Origin: Octopus sinensis | Taxonomy: Eukaryota | Direction: 5' to 3' | NCBI RefSeq assembly: GCF_006345805.1 | Contig: NC_043009.1 | Location: forward strand, 36,952,001 to 37,016,000 | DNA: 64,000 bases | Part shown: positions 53,148 through 64,000 of the stretch, one piece after another | Position numbering within the stretch: position 1 is the first letter of the stretch | Layout of the letters: each line of letters begins with the position of its first letter | The notes under the pieces: generated by a model | The model's database searches: none | Seen by the model: only the letters and a program-made list of their open reading frames with translations | What the model was told of the DNA's origin: nothing | Translations under genes and position numbers: made by a program

Positions 53148-53575
53148 TCTTTCAATTCTATTTCCATTTCTTGCCGAGTGTCTTCCTGACACCTAGTGCA
53201 GAGAAACGCACTGTATATATTTGTAGGCCATTAAAATAAACACACCAGATTGATGATTTACAAAGACATGTGATAGAAAAGAAAGTGGAAAAAAGACAGA
53301 GACAAAAAATAAAAATAAAAAAGTAACCAAAGAAAATAAAAGGGTGGGGTGAAGGAAACAAAAGTTACAGTAACAGTGCTCTTCTCAGTACGTGTAAGGT
53401 ACAGTCAAGATAATCTCTTGCATTTCCTGCTTGGATGGTAAGCCAGGGATCATTCTTAAATAATTCTCAGTTCCTCTTTTGATCATTCCAAGTGTTTCTA
53501 CCATCATTGGTATTGTAACCGTCTTGAGGTGCCACATCTTTTCGATTACCAACTCTTTATATTTTCTGAGCGTAT
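53148..53575 (-). mobile_element. R4/Dong 3' stub related to 50920-52724
   Basis: LRKYKEL..KMWHLKTVTIP..LGMIKRGTENYLRMIPGLPS. Shares the terminal ttccatttcttgccgagtgtcttcc. Confidence 0.88.
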
Positions 53576-53595
53576 TATTATTATCATCATCATCA

Positions 53596-53657
<62 letters not shown>

Positions 53658-54230
53658 GTTCAGTAGTCTTATTTTTATGACGTGCTTTCACTGCACTACC
53701 GAGCACAGCTCTGTTTGCCTTGGGTATATGCTGTGGTTTGTTGTGATGCTCTTAATTTTACGTAGGATGTGTGCGGTTCCTAGTACTGCTATTTTCTATA
53801 TGTTATATATACTTGTTAGTCCTGGTGTTTTTGTCTGAATTTTTTTATCATACCTAATGCGCTTACTATGACAGGAATTGTTTCTGTTTTTAGATTCCAC
53901 ATTCAAGTTACCTCTATTTCCAGATCTTCGTATTTTGAAAGTTTCTCCGTTTCTTTTAGAAAAAAACATTGTCATCTGTTGGTATTGATACATCGATTAG
54001 AAAGCATTTTTTCTTGGTGATCTCTGACAACTATATCCGGCCTATTGGCTTTAATTTCTTTATCTGTGTGTATTGCCATATCCCAGAGTATGGCTGCTTT
54101 GTCATTTTCTGTGACCTTTTCTGGCGTGTGCGTATACTATCTTTTTTCTGTTGTAATTCCATAGTGTTGGCATAGCTTCCAATGTATGTAGGTCCCAACT
54201 CTGTCGTGTCTGTGAATATATTCTTCCTCC
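53658..54230 (-). mobile_element. R4/Dong 3' stub (third family)
   Basis: EIKANRPDIVVRDHQEKMLLIDVSIPTDDN, EKLSKYEDLEIE..MWNLKTETIPVIVSALG, VLGTAHILRK. Confidence 0.88.
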
Positions 54231-54265
54231 TCTTCTTCTTCTTCTTCTTCTCATCATTATTATTA

Positions 54266-54625
54266 CTCAATATTTTGTAGTTTCAGGCAAAGTTTTACTG
54301 CATCACCTGCTACACCTCCGGGATTCTAGGGTGTGTGCCGCATTATTTTTTTGTTGTTGCTTTTTTTTTACGTTGGGGAAGCGCAGACTCTTCCCGGTAT
54401 TGTATTGCGCCAGTTTGTTTTGTTTGGGGGTTTGGTTGCAGTCTCTTTTGTTGTATTAGTGTTCTTATTGTGCATTGTGTGAGTAATGCGAGTTTTGTTC
54501 TTCTGTTGGGTATGCGGCCTGTTGGTGATAAATTTATTTTATTGTATATTTGTTATATAGAATGTCTTGTATTTGTGGATTATTTGGTTAGGGTTGCATT
54601 ATTGAATTAATAGTCCCTTGCGTAG
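54266..54625 (-). mobile_element. Highly decayed RLE-LINE 3' stub
   Basis: Degenerate ITNRP.. region and a 3' UTR-like end joined to (taa)n. Confidence 0.5.
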
Positions 54626-54710
54626 GCTGTGGGCTGTTCCTAGCAAGGATAGTTTTTGGAAGAAATGCATATGTGCATTTTAGTTTTGGGATGAAATGCA
54701 CACGTATACA

Positions 54711-54843
<133 letters not shown>

Positions 54844-54944
54844 TTCAGTAGTTTTATTTTTATAGCGTGCTTTCACTTCACTACCGAGCGCAGCTCTGTG
54901 TGCCTTAGGTATGTGCTGTGATTTGTTGTGATGCTCTGATGGTT
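54844..54944 (-). mobile_element. About 100-bp 3'-end-only copy of the 53658 family
   Basis: cagtagttttatttttatagcgtgctttcacttcactaccgagcgcagctctg matches 53661-53712. (ATT)n on both sides. Confidence 0.88.
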
Positions 54945-54947
54945 ATT

Positions 54948-55018
<71 letters not shown>

Positions 55019-55044
55019 GTTATTATTATTATTATTATTATTAT

Positions 55045-55100
<56 letters not shown>

Positions 55101-55527
55101 TATTATGATTTCGTCATATTCGATTAAATATTAATTATTTATGTTAATGAAATTTATTTCCCACTTTGTATTCAAACAACTGCAAGCACAAAATTAAAAG
55201 TAATACAATAGGTTCCAGTTTTTGTTTTAATATATCCACACTCTACGGTCAATAAACTTAACCAGGAATTTTAACTTGTAATGGATTGTTAAACCATCTA
55301 TGTACAAAGGATTAATAGTCAGTAATCGCAGAAGTGCTTCCTGAGGATACAGTTCAGATATTAATCCCTTTTACATATTATACGAATACACACACGCATG
55401 CATACATACATACATACATACATACATACATACATACGTACGTACGTACATACATACATGCGTATGTTTATACATGCACATCTAGATTAATATGTCTATC
55501 TATTTTAAATATATTGTGTACATACAT

Positions 55528-55715
55528 CTTTTATCTTTATCTTTTACTTGTTTCAGTCATCTGACTGCGGCCATGCTGGAGTACCGTCTTGAAATTTTAG
55601 CCGAATGCATCGATCCCAGTACTTATTTTGTTTTAAAGCCTACTACTTACTCTATCGCTTTCTTTTGCCGACCGGTAGGTTACGGGGACGTAAATCCACC
55701 ATCACCGGTTGTCCT
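55528..55715 (-). mobile_element. SINE family B 3' part
   Basis: tcttttacttgtttcagtcat..gactgcggccatgctggag. Confidence 0.82.
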
Positions 55716-55851
55716 TATATATTTACATCGTAAATATATAAGGACACAGGAAAAAAATGTGTCGAAGCCATCAGGAGGCGTCGATGCTTCCTAGGGCTAA
55801 ACAGCGGTAGTGTAATCCCCTACTGTCACGTTAAATTGACAGTATACCACC

Positions 55852-55886
<35 letters not shown>

Positions 55887-56221
55887 CATCAGAACGCAGG
55901 GCATGGCACCAGTCTTGCTTCCAAATTCAAAGAAATGCTGCTCCTCTGAATGGAAAGCTTACCTGACATTGTGGTTTTTTGACACGACGCAACATATGCG
56001 TTGCCGTTCACTCAAGAAAACGTAGCAATTGATCTACAAGTATTCGAGCATACTGGGTTCTTAACTGAGTCATTTGCAAAAGGTTTGCAAGGTGCCAGCA
56101 GGGCTCAAGAGACACATTCGTGTCCATAGAACATGATTACCTCTTTATTTTACTGAACCTTCATTTGCCGTTGATGACGAGAGAATCCATCACACACACA
56201 CACAAAAGCACACACACACAC

Positions 56222-56264
<43 letters not shown>

Positions 56265-57015
56265 AGGTGCACAGTTGTCAATGACTGATATCAGCCTTTA
56301 TAGCTTCATCCAAACTAGCAGATTCAAACAACGAATTGAAATACACACACACACACACGTGCGCGCGCACAAGTATATAGGAACACCTGCACACAGACAC
56401 ACACACACACACACACCATATACATTTTCACAACGATATCTGTCTGTGTACACACAATTCCACCCACCCACTCGACAGACGCCTAATAATCAAACAGGTC
56501 TTTATTGTAACTAAAGCTTAAAGATGGGTGTTCCGTTAAGACAGTAGGTTGATTAAAGGGCAGGTAAGTGTGACTAATATAACGTATCCGACAGCGACAA
56601 TTACACAAATCATGTGGAAATGAATGACAATGACGTCAATTGGGTTGTATTTAGCCCCAGGTCAGTATTAGCCTAACAAAGTTATGATAAAAGAACACCC
56701 CAAACATGGCCGCTTTCGTACTTTTTTCAAATACACTAGACTACAAAACTAATTTGTTATTATGGTTTGGCCCTGGTCAGCCGTAGTCCAGCTGACCTAT
56801 GACCAAAGGTGAAGGTAAATAGGCGCATACCTAAGAGTCCATGCTGCTTGATCGAACATGAAACCTCGATATTAGGAAGCAAGCTCCTTAAACCATTCAG
56901 CCATACAGCGTCCATATTCTAGTATAATAAGATCATTACGGAAAGCACCCCAGTTGTGACCACCTCGACATATATACCAATATACAGTAGACTATATTAA
57001 GCGCTCTTGTTTAAA

Positions 57016-57275
57016 ACGACGAGATGCTAGAATCGTTATCACACTAGGCAAATTTTCTTAGTGCTATTTCGTCTATACTTACGTTCAGCGAGGTTGACTT
57101 GTGCGAGGTTGACTTGTGCGACGTTGATTTGTGCGAGGTTGATTTGTGCGAGGTTGACCTTGCCTTTCATCTTTTCGAGGTCGATGAAATAACAAGCAGT
57201 TGAGCACTGTAGTCGATGTTATCGACTGTCGCCCTTCGCCAAAATTTCACGTCTTGTGTATTTAGTAGAAATGAT
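57016..57275 (+). mobile_element. SINE family A, tail B, containing a 15-bp tandem repeat
   Basis: gcgaggttgacttgt x4 plus a partial unit at 57088-57159. Confidence 0.82.
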
Positions 57276-57637
57276 TCATCGTTTTTTTTGTTTTTGTTTT
57301 TTTGGGGGGTGGGGTGGAAGGGGCTGGAGGGGGCTGGAGGGGGCGCATAGATATAGTATCAAAAGGCAATCCCATCTTAATTATTCCAATTATTTTTATC
57401 AGCAATTGTAGGTTATGATTTCAGAGATATTTGCTTGCTATCTCAAGGAAGTCGATTATCCAACCAGAGACCACCTTATTGTCTCCTTATAAAATAAGGG
57501 CACCAAAGTGTGTTCCACTCCGTAATAGCTGAACCTGCTAGAAACAGCAGCCAAACCTCCCTCAAATTATACCTTATCATCTTAAATAAAGTAGCGGACG
57601 CACTAGATAGTGTACCTCTAATTGCTCAGTGTGAGTT

Positions 57638-57720
57638 CACATGGCTTAGTGGTTAGGAGTAAGGCAGTGAGTTCGAGTCCTGACATTGCGTTGTGTCGTT
57701 TGGCAAGACACTTTATTTCA
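57638..57720 (+). mobile_element. SINE family D-like head stub
   Basis: tggcttagtggttagg..gagttcgagtcc..gttgtgtc..ggcaagacactttatttca. Confidence 0.55.
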
Positions 57721-58645
57721 TGCATGCGGTTGTTTGCACCCCCACCTCTGTGAATGATAATATATTAGTTTTTGTAGTAATGATATCATCTGTTTGTCAG
57801 TGATATCTTATTTAAAAGTGGTTATAAGAAACTTTAAGTATAATTTTGCGACATAACTTTGAAACACCAATGTACCCCTTGCCATTTCGTCTCCTCAAAT
57901 TAATTACTCTTAATACAAATTCAATATAAAGAATGCATTATTTTCTCAACGTCCAGTCCACGACGTAATCGTTTACTTTACTATGAAAAGCGGAAAAAAT
58001 CTTCCTCAAATTGCTCTAATGTTTCACGAAAAGGAAGAACATCCGGGTAATGTACTTTTAGATAAACAATATATGTGGGATGGACTGAATGTTTCATTCT
58101 ACCGGAGCATTTACTTAAAGAGGATTCATTTGTTACTTATAACTAACATCAACAACACAATATTTTTTATCAGTTCTCACAATATTATCAGTTTGGGGCC
58201 AGAGGTTATTAACTGTGATATTTCATATATTTTGGACGATAGACTCTCATATTTTAATGGTAATTAATTAATGCTTTAATGGTAGTTAATGAAAATATTT
58301 CTAATTTGGAAATATTCCGATTATGCATGAAGATATTCAAAATATTGTGAAACTGACGTAATGAAAAATATTTGATAAAGATTAGTAAATAAATATGAAA
58401 ATATAAGTGATATGTATGACACATATTCGTGAAGCATTATTTATCTAAAACTAGTGACTCAGTTTGTAGAGAATGTGAAGTGGGTGACAGGGTTCAAACA
58501 GAACTAATCTTTAGTAATAAACTAATGAAGTTATCGAAGGAGCTTCCCACTGATATGACAGGAGGACGATTGGTGCAAGTCATATAGTGATTAAAAATAA
58601 TAATGATAATAATGATAACAACAACAACAATAATAATAAAATAAA

Positions 58646-59195
58646 CTCTACGGAAACTGGGAGCTAGAGAGAGGCAAGACATGGTATGAGCACAAACCAC
58701 AGAGGGTGGCAGAGTTGGAGACTAGCAAAATCCTCTGGGATTTCCCAATCCAAACAGATCAGGTGCTAGAGCATAACATATAGCATTGTCCACCTAGTGA
58801 TGGTGGACAAGGTGCACCACATATGCTATACAGTTGACATTGCATGTCCCTTTGACCCGCGAATAGTCAAGAAGGAAGGCGAAAAGATAGATAGATAAAT
58901 ACAACCCTCTTAAGTACGAAATAGCCCTGCTACGGAAAATGAAGAAGATGAAGATAGTGCCAATTATTGTTGGGTCCTTGGAAACAGTATCAGAAGGAAT
59001 CAAGAGGAATATAAAGGAAATTGGAATAGAGTGCCCAGTAGAACTCTTACAAAAGGTTTGCCTCCTTGGCACGGCCAGAAAAATCAGGAAAGTATAATAT
59101 AGCTGAAAAGAACGAATGGCATAGTACCGTAGACTGCAGGTAGTAAGCCCGCTACGCATGCAAGACTCCAGGAGCTACAACAAAACCTGTGATAA
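58646..59195 (+). mobile_element. R4/Dong 3' fragment, same family as 44555-45215
   Basis: TWYEHKPQRVAE..KILWDFPIQTD, LLQKVCLLGTARKIRKV. Same terminus gtgataaagagaaaa. Confidence 0.9.
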
Positions 59196-59214
59196 AGAGA
59201 AAATAATCATGATA

Positions 59215-59526
59215 AAAATAGAATCCATTGAAATTTCAAATAGGAAGAATTTGGAACATGAGAACAATAAAGGTCGTGCATATAATAGTTGGTGCGTTGG
59301 AGACGGTAAGCAAGGATATAGACAAATGGCCGAAATAGATTGGAATAGAATGCCACGTAGAGCTCCTACAGAAAGTTTGTCTCTTAGGAATAACAAGAAT
59401 TATCAGGAGGTTTCTAAGCACTTGAAAGGCAGTTGAAAACTTGTGGATACCTAAGGTTATTGGTAGTAACCCGCTACCTGTATATATCCTACAGGAATAA
59501 GACCGAACGTGAGCCAAACCAAAAGG

Positions 59527-59527
<1 letters not shown>
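59215..59527 (+). mobile_element. R4/Dong 3' stub, related family
   Basis: VVHIIVGALETVSK..VELLQKVCLLG..RIIRRFL, followed by (taa)n. Confidence 0.85.
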
Positions 59528-59580
<53 letters not shown>

Positions 59581-59792
59581 GTTTCAACTTTGATCACAAG
59601 GGCAACAATTTTTGGACGTGGGGATGAGACGATTACATCGACTCCAGGGTTCAACTGGTATTTATTTTATCGACCCCAAAAGGATGAAAGGGAAATTCGA
59701 CCTCGACGGAATTTGAACTCAGAATGTTGTGACGGACGAAATACCGCTAAGCATTTCGTCTGGCGCGCTAACGATTCTGCCAACTCGTCGCC
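59581..59792 (-). mobile_element. SINE family A, tail B
   Basis: Core and head in reverse orientation. Confidence 0.85.
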
Positions 59793-59842
59793 TCAGTACT
59801 AATATATTCTGCCAGTCGCCACTTTATGTAAATATAAAAATG

Positions 59843-60048
59843 GTTTCAAACTTTGGCACGAAGCCAGCAATGTTAGGGTGAAAGGTTAGTAGAAAACACA
59901 GACTCCGGTATTTAATCGGTACTTTATTTTAACTAATCTAAAAGGATGAAAGAAGTTAACCCCGGTGGGATTCGAACTCAGGACGTAATGAGTCGAAAAA
60001 AATCCATCCAAGCATTTTGTCCGACGCGTTAATGTTTCTGCCAGCTCG
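59843..60048 (-). mobile_element. SINE family A, old copy, tail B
   Basis: Degenerate core and head. Confidence 0.75.
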
Positions 60049-60712
60049 CTGAGAATACGAGCCGATACATTATGTGTAAGCTTGTATACGCGCACGAGTA
60101 TATTCATTTACAACCACACACACATGCACACACAGATACATTCTCGCACATTAAAAGCGTAATGTGAAATAACTGAGAGTGGCTAGTGGCGTGGAATCGG
60201 ATAGCAAGAACCAAGAGGAAAACACTAAATAGCAAAGTAAGATAAATTTTTGATTTACTGCTACTATCTTCGCTTCGAGAGAAAAGTAAACGAGTATCAG
60301 GCAGTAACTGAAACCGACACCAAATGAGGAAGGGAGATAATCTTAAGCAACAGCTATGAACGTCGTTTCACAACTGCTAACTCTCAATCTCACCGCATGA
60401 TAAATTAAGACATTGCCATTTTCTATAATATCGGATTGACCGCAAACCTTGTGGGAGAAATATTATAGACGAAGTTGAAAGAAGCCAATTTGTAATTTTG
60501 TAATTCAAAAACTTTGTCTCCGATTTTGCTTGAGAATTACATTAAGAGCGTTCAGGACCGTGGGAAATTTAGCCACTTTAGTAAGTTCATAAGCAAGTAA
60601 TTCAGTGTGTCGATCATGGTCGAACGACAGTGATGTACTAAACACAAAGACACACGCATACTCACAACTATAGCCTATGGGAAAGGGAGATGACCATGGT
60701 CAGAAAATCGTG

Positions 60713-60831
<119 letters not shown>

Positions 60832-61300
60832 TACATATATACATATATATATATACATATATACATATATATATATATACACACACACATGCAGATATAC
60901 GTATATGTATATATATGTGTACATATGTGTGTGTGTGTGTTTGTGTTTATGTATGTATGTATGGATGGATGGATGGATGTGGATGTATAGCCAGAGAAAA
61001 AGAGAGTGAGATTGACTGAGATAACTATAAGCATGTGTATGTATTTCGACTTGCGTGTGAACTTATCCGTGTGTGTGTGTGTGGTGTGTGTGTGTGTGGT
61101 GTGTGTGTGTGTGTACTTGTGTATATCTGGATGTATCTGTGTGTACATATATGCCTCTATATGTTTCCGAGCCATCTACTTTTAGTAGTAATCTCCTTAC
61201 AACAAACATATCTCAGCATTGGGTACAACAAACAACCATTATGTGGCTTAAAGTAAAACTTGTTACATTTAAGGTCCCTATTTTGGCTAATTTCGAAGTA

Positions 61301-61532
61301 TATTAATCTTTCGACTACCGGGCTGTTAGGTTCCAAAATCCCCCGCGATTGGTGAAAATCCGCGAAGTAGAAACAGCACTGTACTGTATACTTCTTAAAA
61401 TTGTTTTTATAATTTGTGTATATTTTATTATTAATGCAAAACAAAACCACGGAAGAATCGACGTAAGCTTAAATAATAAACCGCGATAGGTGAACCGCGA
61501 TAGGTGAACCGCGATATGGCGAGGGATTACTG
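61301..61532. mobile_element. pogo/Tigger-type MITE
   Basis: Right end aaccgcgataggtg x2 + aaccgcgatatggcgagggattactg|ta. Degenerate left end ta|tattaatctttcgactacc..ccccgcgattggtgaaaatccgcg. Confidence 0.7.
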
Positions 61533-61540
61533 TATTCGAC

Positions 61541-61972
61541 TCTCTTCTTTCCTGTTCAATCATTAGATTGTGGCTATGCTGGAGCCACACTCTTGACGAA
61601 TTTTTAGTCGAATGTATCGACCACAGTATTCGTTCTTTTTTCAAAGCTTGGCACTTATTCTATCAGTGTTTTGCGAACCGCTATGTTACGGGGACGTAAA
61701 ACATCAGCAACGGTTGTCAAGTGATGGTTTGGTGGGTGACAAATAGACACAAAGACACACACGCACACACACATACACATACACATATATTCATATACAT
61801 ACGTGCGACCGAGAGGCTACTTTCAGTTTCCGTCTACCAAATGCACTCGCAAGGTTTTGGTTGACCTGAGGATATAGAAGAAAGCACTTGCCCAAGATGT
61901 CACGTAGTGAGACTGAACCTTGAACCATGTATTTGGGAAGCAAACTTCTGACCACACTGACACGCCTGCGCC
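61541..61972 (-). mobile_element. SINE family B, older copy
   Basis: Head rc ggcgcaggcgtgtcagtgtgg, body and tail. Confidence 0.82.
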
Positions 61973-62055
61973 AAAAACGTTTATAAATAAAAAATTCAGA
62001 CTGCATAGTTTCAGTTTTACCTTCTTTCGAAATAACTAGATAATACAAAGCGATA

Positions 62056-62476
62056 CTCTTTCTTTCTTTTACTTGTTTCTGTCATTTGACTGCGGCCATG
62101 CTGGAGCACCGCCTTTAATCGAGCAACTCGACCCCCCGGGGACTTATTCTTTTGTAAGCCCAGTACTTATTCTATCGGTCTCTTTTGCCGAACCGCTAAG
62201 TTACGGGGACATAAACACCCGCATCGGTTGCCAAGCAATGCTAGGGGGACAAACACAGACAACACAACACACACACACGCATATATATATATATATATTA
62301 TATATATATATATATACGACGGGCTTCTTTCAGTTTCCGTCTACCAAATCCACTCACAAGGCTTTGGTCGGCCCGAGGCTATAGTAGAAGACACTTGCCC
62401 AAGGTGCCACGCAGTGGGACTGAACCCGGAACTATGTGGTTGGTTAGCAAGCTACTTACCACACAGCCACGCCTGG
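62056..62476 (-). mobile_element. SINE family B, full length
   Basis: Close match to 35763-36185. Confidence 0.92.
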
Positions 62477-62686
62477 TTTAAAATTTTCGCAAAAAGCCAA
62501 CTGTTTAGAGGGAGTGTGTAAGTCGATTACGTTGGCCCTAGTACTCAACGGGTACTTATTTTATCCACCCACCGGAAGGATGAAAGGCAATTCGGCCGCG
62601 ACGGCATTTGTACTTAGAACGTAAAGACAGGCGAAATGCCGCCAGGTATTTCGCCCGCCGTGCTAACGATTCTGCCAGTTCGTCTC
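62477..62686 (-). mobile_element. SINE family A, old copy, tail B
   Basis: Degenerate core and head. Confidence 0.75.
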
Positions 62687-62894
62687 CAATACAATGTCTT
62701 TATATTGCCACTAAAAATAGAACAAAAAAATCCTTCCCACATACCTCCTGTAGATTCACTGACACGCACAAATGCACATATAGGTATATAGATGTAACCC
62801 ACCAGCGAATTCAGTAGATATACTAGAAATAGCAGTTAAATCTAAAAAATTTACGAAAGGAAAGGCACATTAAATAATGTGTAGATAAAAGAAA

Positions 62895-63280
62895 TTGGAG
62901 GCGCAATGGCCCAGTGGTTAGGGCAGCGGACTCGCGGTCATAGGATCGCGGTTTCGATTCCCAGACCGGGCGTTGTGAGTGTTTATTGAGCGAAAACACC
63001 TAAAGCTCCACGACGCTCCGGCAGGGGATGGTGGTGATCCCTGCTGTACTCTTTCACCACAACTTTCTCTCACTCTTACTTCCTGTTTCAGTTGTACCTG
63101 TATTTCAAAGGGCCGCCTTGTCACTCTCTGTGTCACGCTGAATATCCCCGAGAACTACGTTAAGGGCACACGTGTCTGTGGAGTGCTCAGCCACTTACAC
63201 GTTAATTTCACGAGCAGGCTGTTCCGTTGATTCGGATCAACCGGAACCCTCGTCATTGTAACCGACGGAGTGCTTCCACC
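62895..63280 (+). mobile_element. SINE family C, full length, with 12-bp TSD
   Basis: TSD agataaaagaaa at 62883-62894 and 63281-63292; A and B boxes present. Confidence 0.95.
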
Positions 63281-63445
63281 AGATAAAAGAAAGATGTGAT
63301 AGAAACTCGGTTGGCTATAGGTTTGAGGTCATGGCTATACATTGAGAAACAGCAACTTGTTATCATGAAGAGCATATTGACCATAGATTTATTGGGGAAC
63401 ACAGTGTATTACGACGAATGGAAACAGTACTTCCAAACTGGTTAA

Positions 63446-63830
63446 TCTCTCTATATATAAACGGCAGTTTGTCTGTCTGCGTGTCTGTGTGTCTGTTAGG
63501 TTGTACCCTCACCTTGACCACGGCTTTCAACCGATTCTGATGAAACTTGACACACACATAGCCCAATGTCATAATTCAAAACTAACGCAGCGAAAATTTT
63601 GAAAAGTTCCCCCAGTTATGAAAAAAATCGATAAATTCGACATGGGGTCGAGAATCAGAAACAGAAACCACAGACTGTCTAGGGGACACAACTCGACCTT
63701 TTTAACTCTCAAAAAAATTTACCATCATTTTTTTTCTCCATTTTTTTGCTATTTTTTGGCTATAACTCTCTAAAAACGCTTTATAGTTATTTCCCTTACA
63801 AACCCGAGCAACGCCGGGCGATACTGCTAG
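63446..63830 (+). mobile_element. Non-autonomous Helitron
   Basis: A|TC ... hairpin cccgagcaacgccggg ... CTAG|T. Confidence 0.85.
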
Positions 63831-64000
63831 TTCTATCATAAATGGAGCTAATTTCTGTCTTGCGATTCAACACTGGTGAAACTTTGAAATCAGAGTTATT
63901 GTGCATTTCGTTTGATTAAAATATCTAGACTCAACACTGATATAGAAGCTTTATCACCATATCTTACTATCTATATTTAATGATTCCAAGAACTATCGTC

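Noticed and set aside
55961-56031. Possible 70-nt minus-strand exon (tag acceptor, CAG|GTAAGC donor)
   Set aside because: An isolated splice-like pair is expected by chance in 64 kb. The peptide is unrecognisable and there are no partner exons.
57983-58267. 94-aa ORF and hydrophobic alternative frames
   Set aside because: No recognisable motif, AT-rich, no convincing splice context; the length is compatible with chance.
62897-62970. tRNA-Arg(TCG)-like sequence, also at 47285, 49729, 14060-14127 and 22685-22753
   Set aside because: The acceptor stem does not close and it continues into a conserved SINE body with a TSD, so it is a SINE head rather than a tRNA gene.

Overview
Eukaryotic, repeat-saturated non-genic DNA, most likely from an octopus. 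That assignment rests on recognising the SINE families and repeat landscape, not on a database search. I find no supportable host gene, RNA gene, CRISPR array or prokaryotic system. Almost all ORFs in the supplied track are translations of microsatellites or pieces of dead transposons. Contents: (1) about 12 fragments of restriction-like-endonuclease non-LTR retrotransposons (R4/Dong type), many nested in (TAA)n tracts with a fixed polarity, one nearly intact at 50920-52724; (2) dozens of tRNA-headed SINE copies from at least four families, one with a recurrent ordered dimer/trimer structure; (3) four IS630-Tc1-mariner remnants (a fold-back mariner, a DD37D maT, a DD34D mariner and a DD37E TRT); (4) a probable Academ remnant; (5) two non-autonomous Helitrons sharing one 3' end; (6) several MITEs and large hairpins; (7) extensive simple repeats. 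The most speculative leads are a circularly permuted 200-230 bp repeat with hammerhead-like landmarks and an RTE-type leader with twister-like landmarks. Both are non-canonical and need covariance-model tests. Element boundaries without a stated TSD or TIR are approximate.
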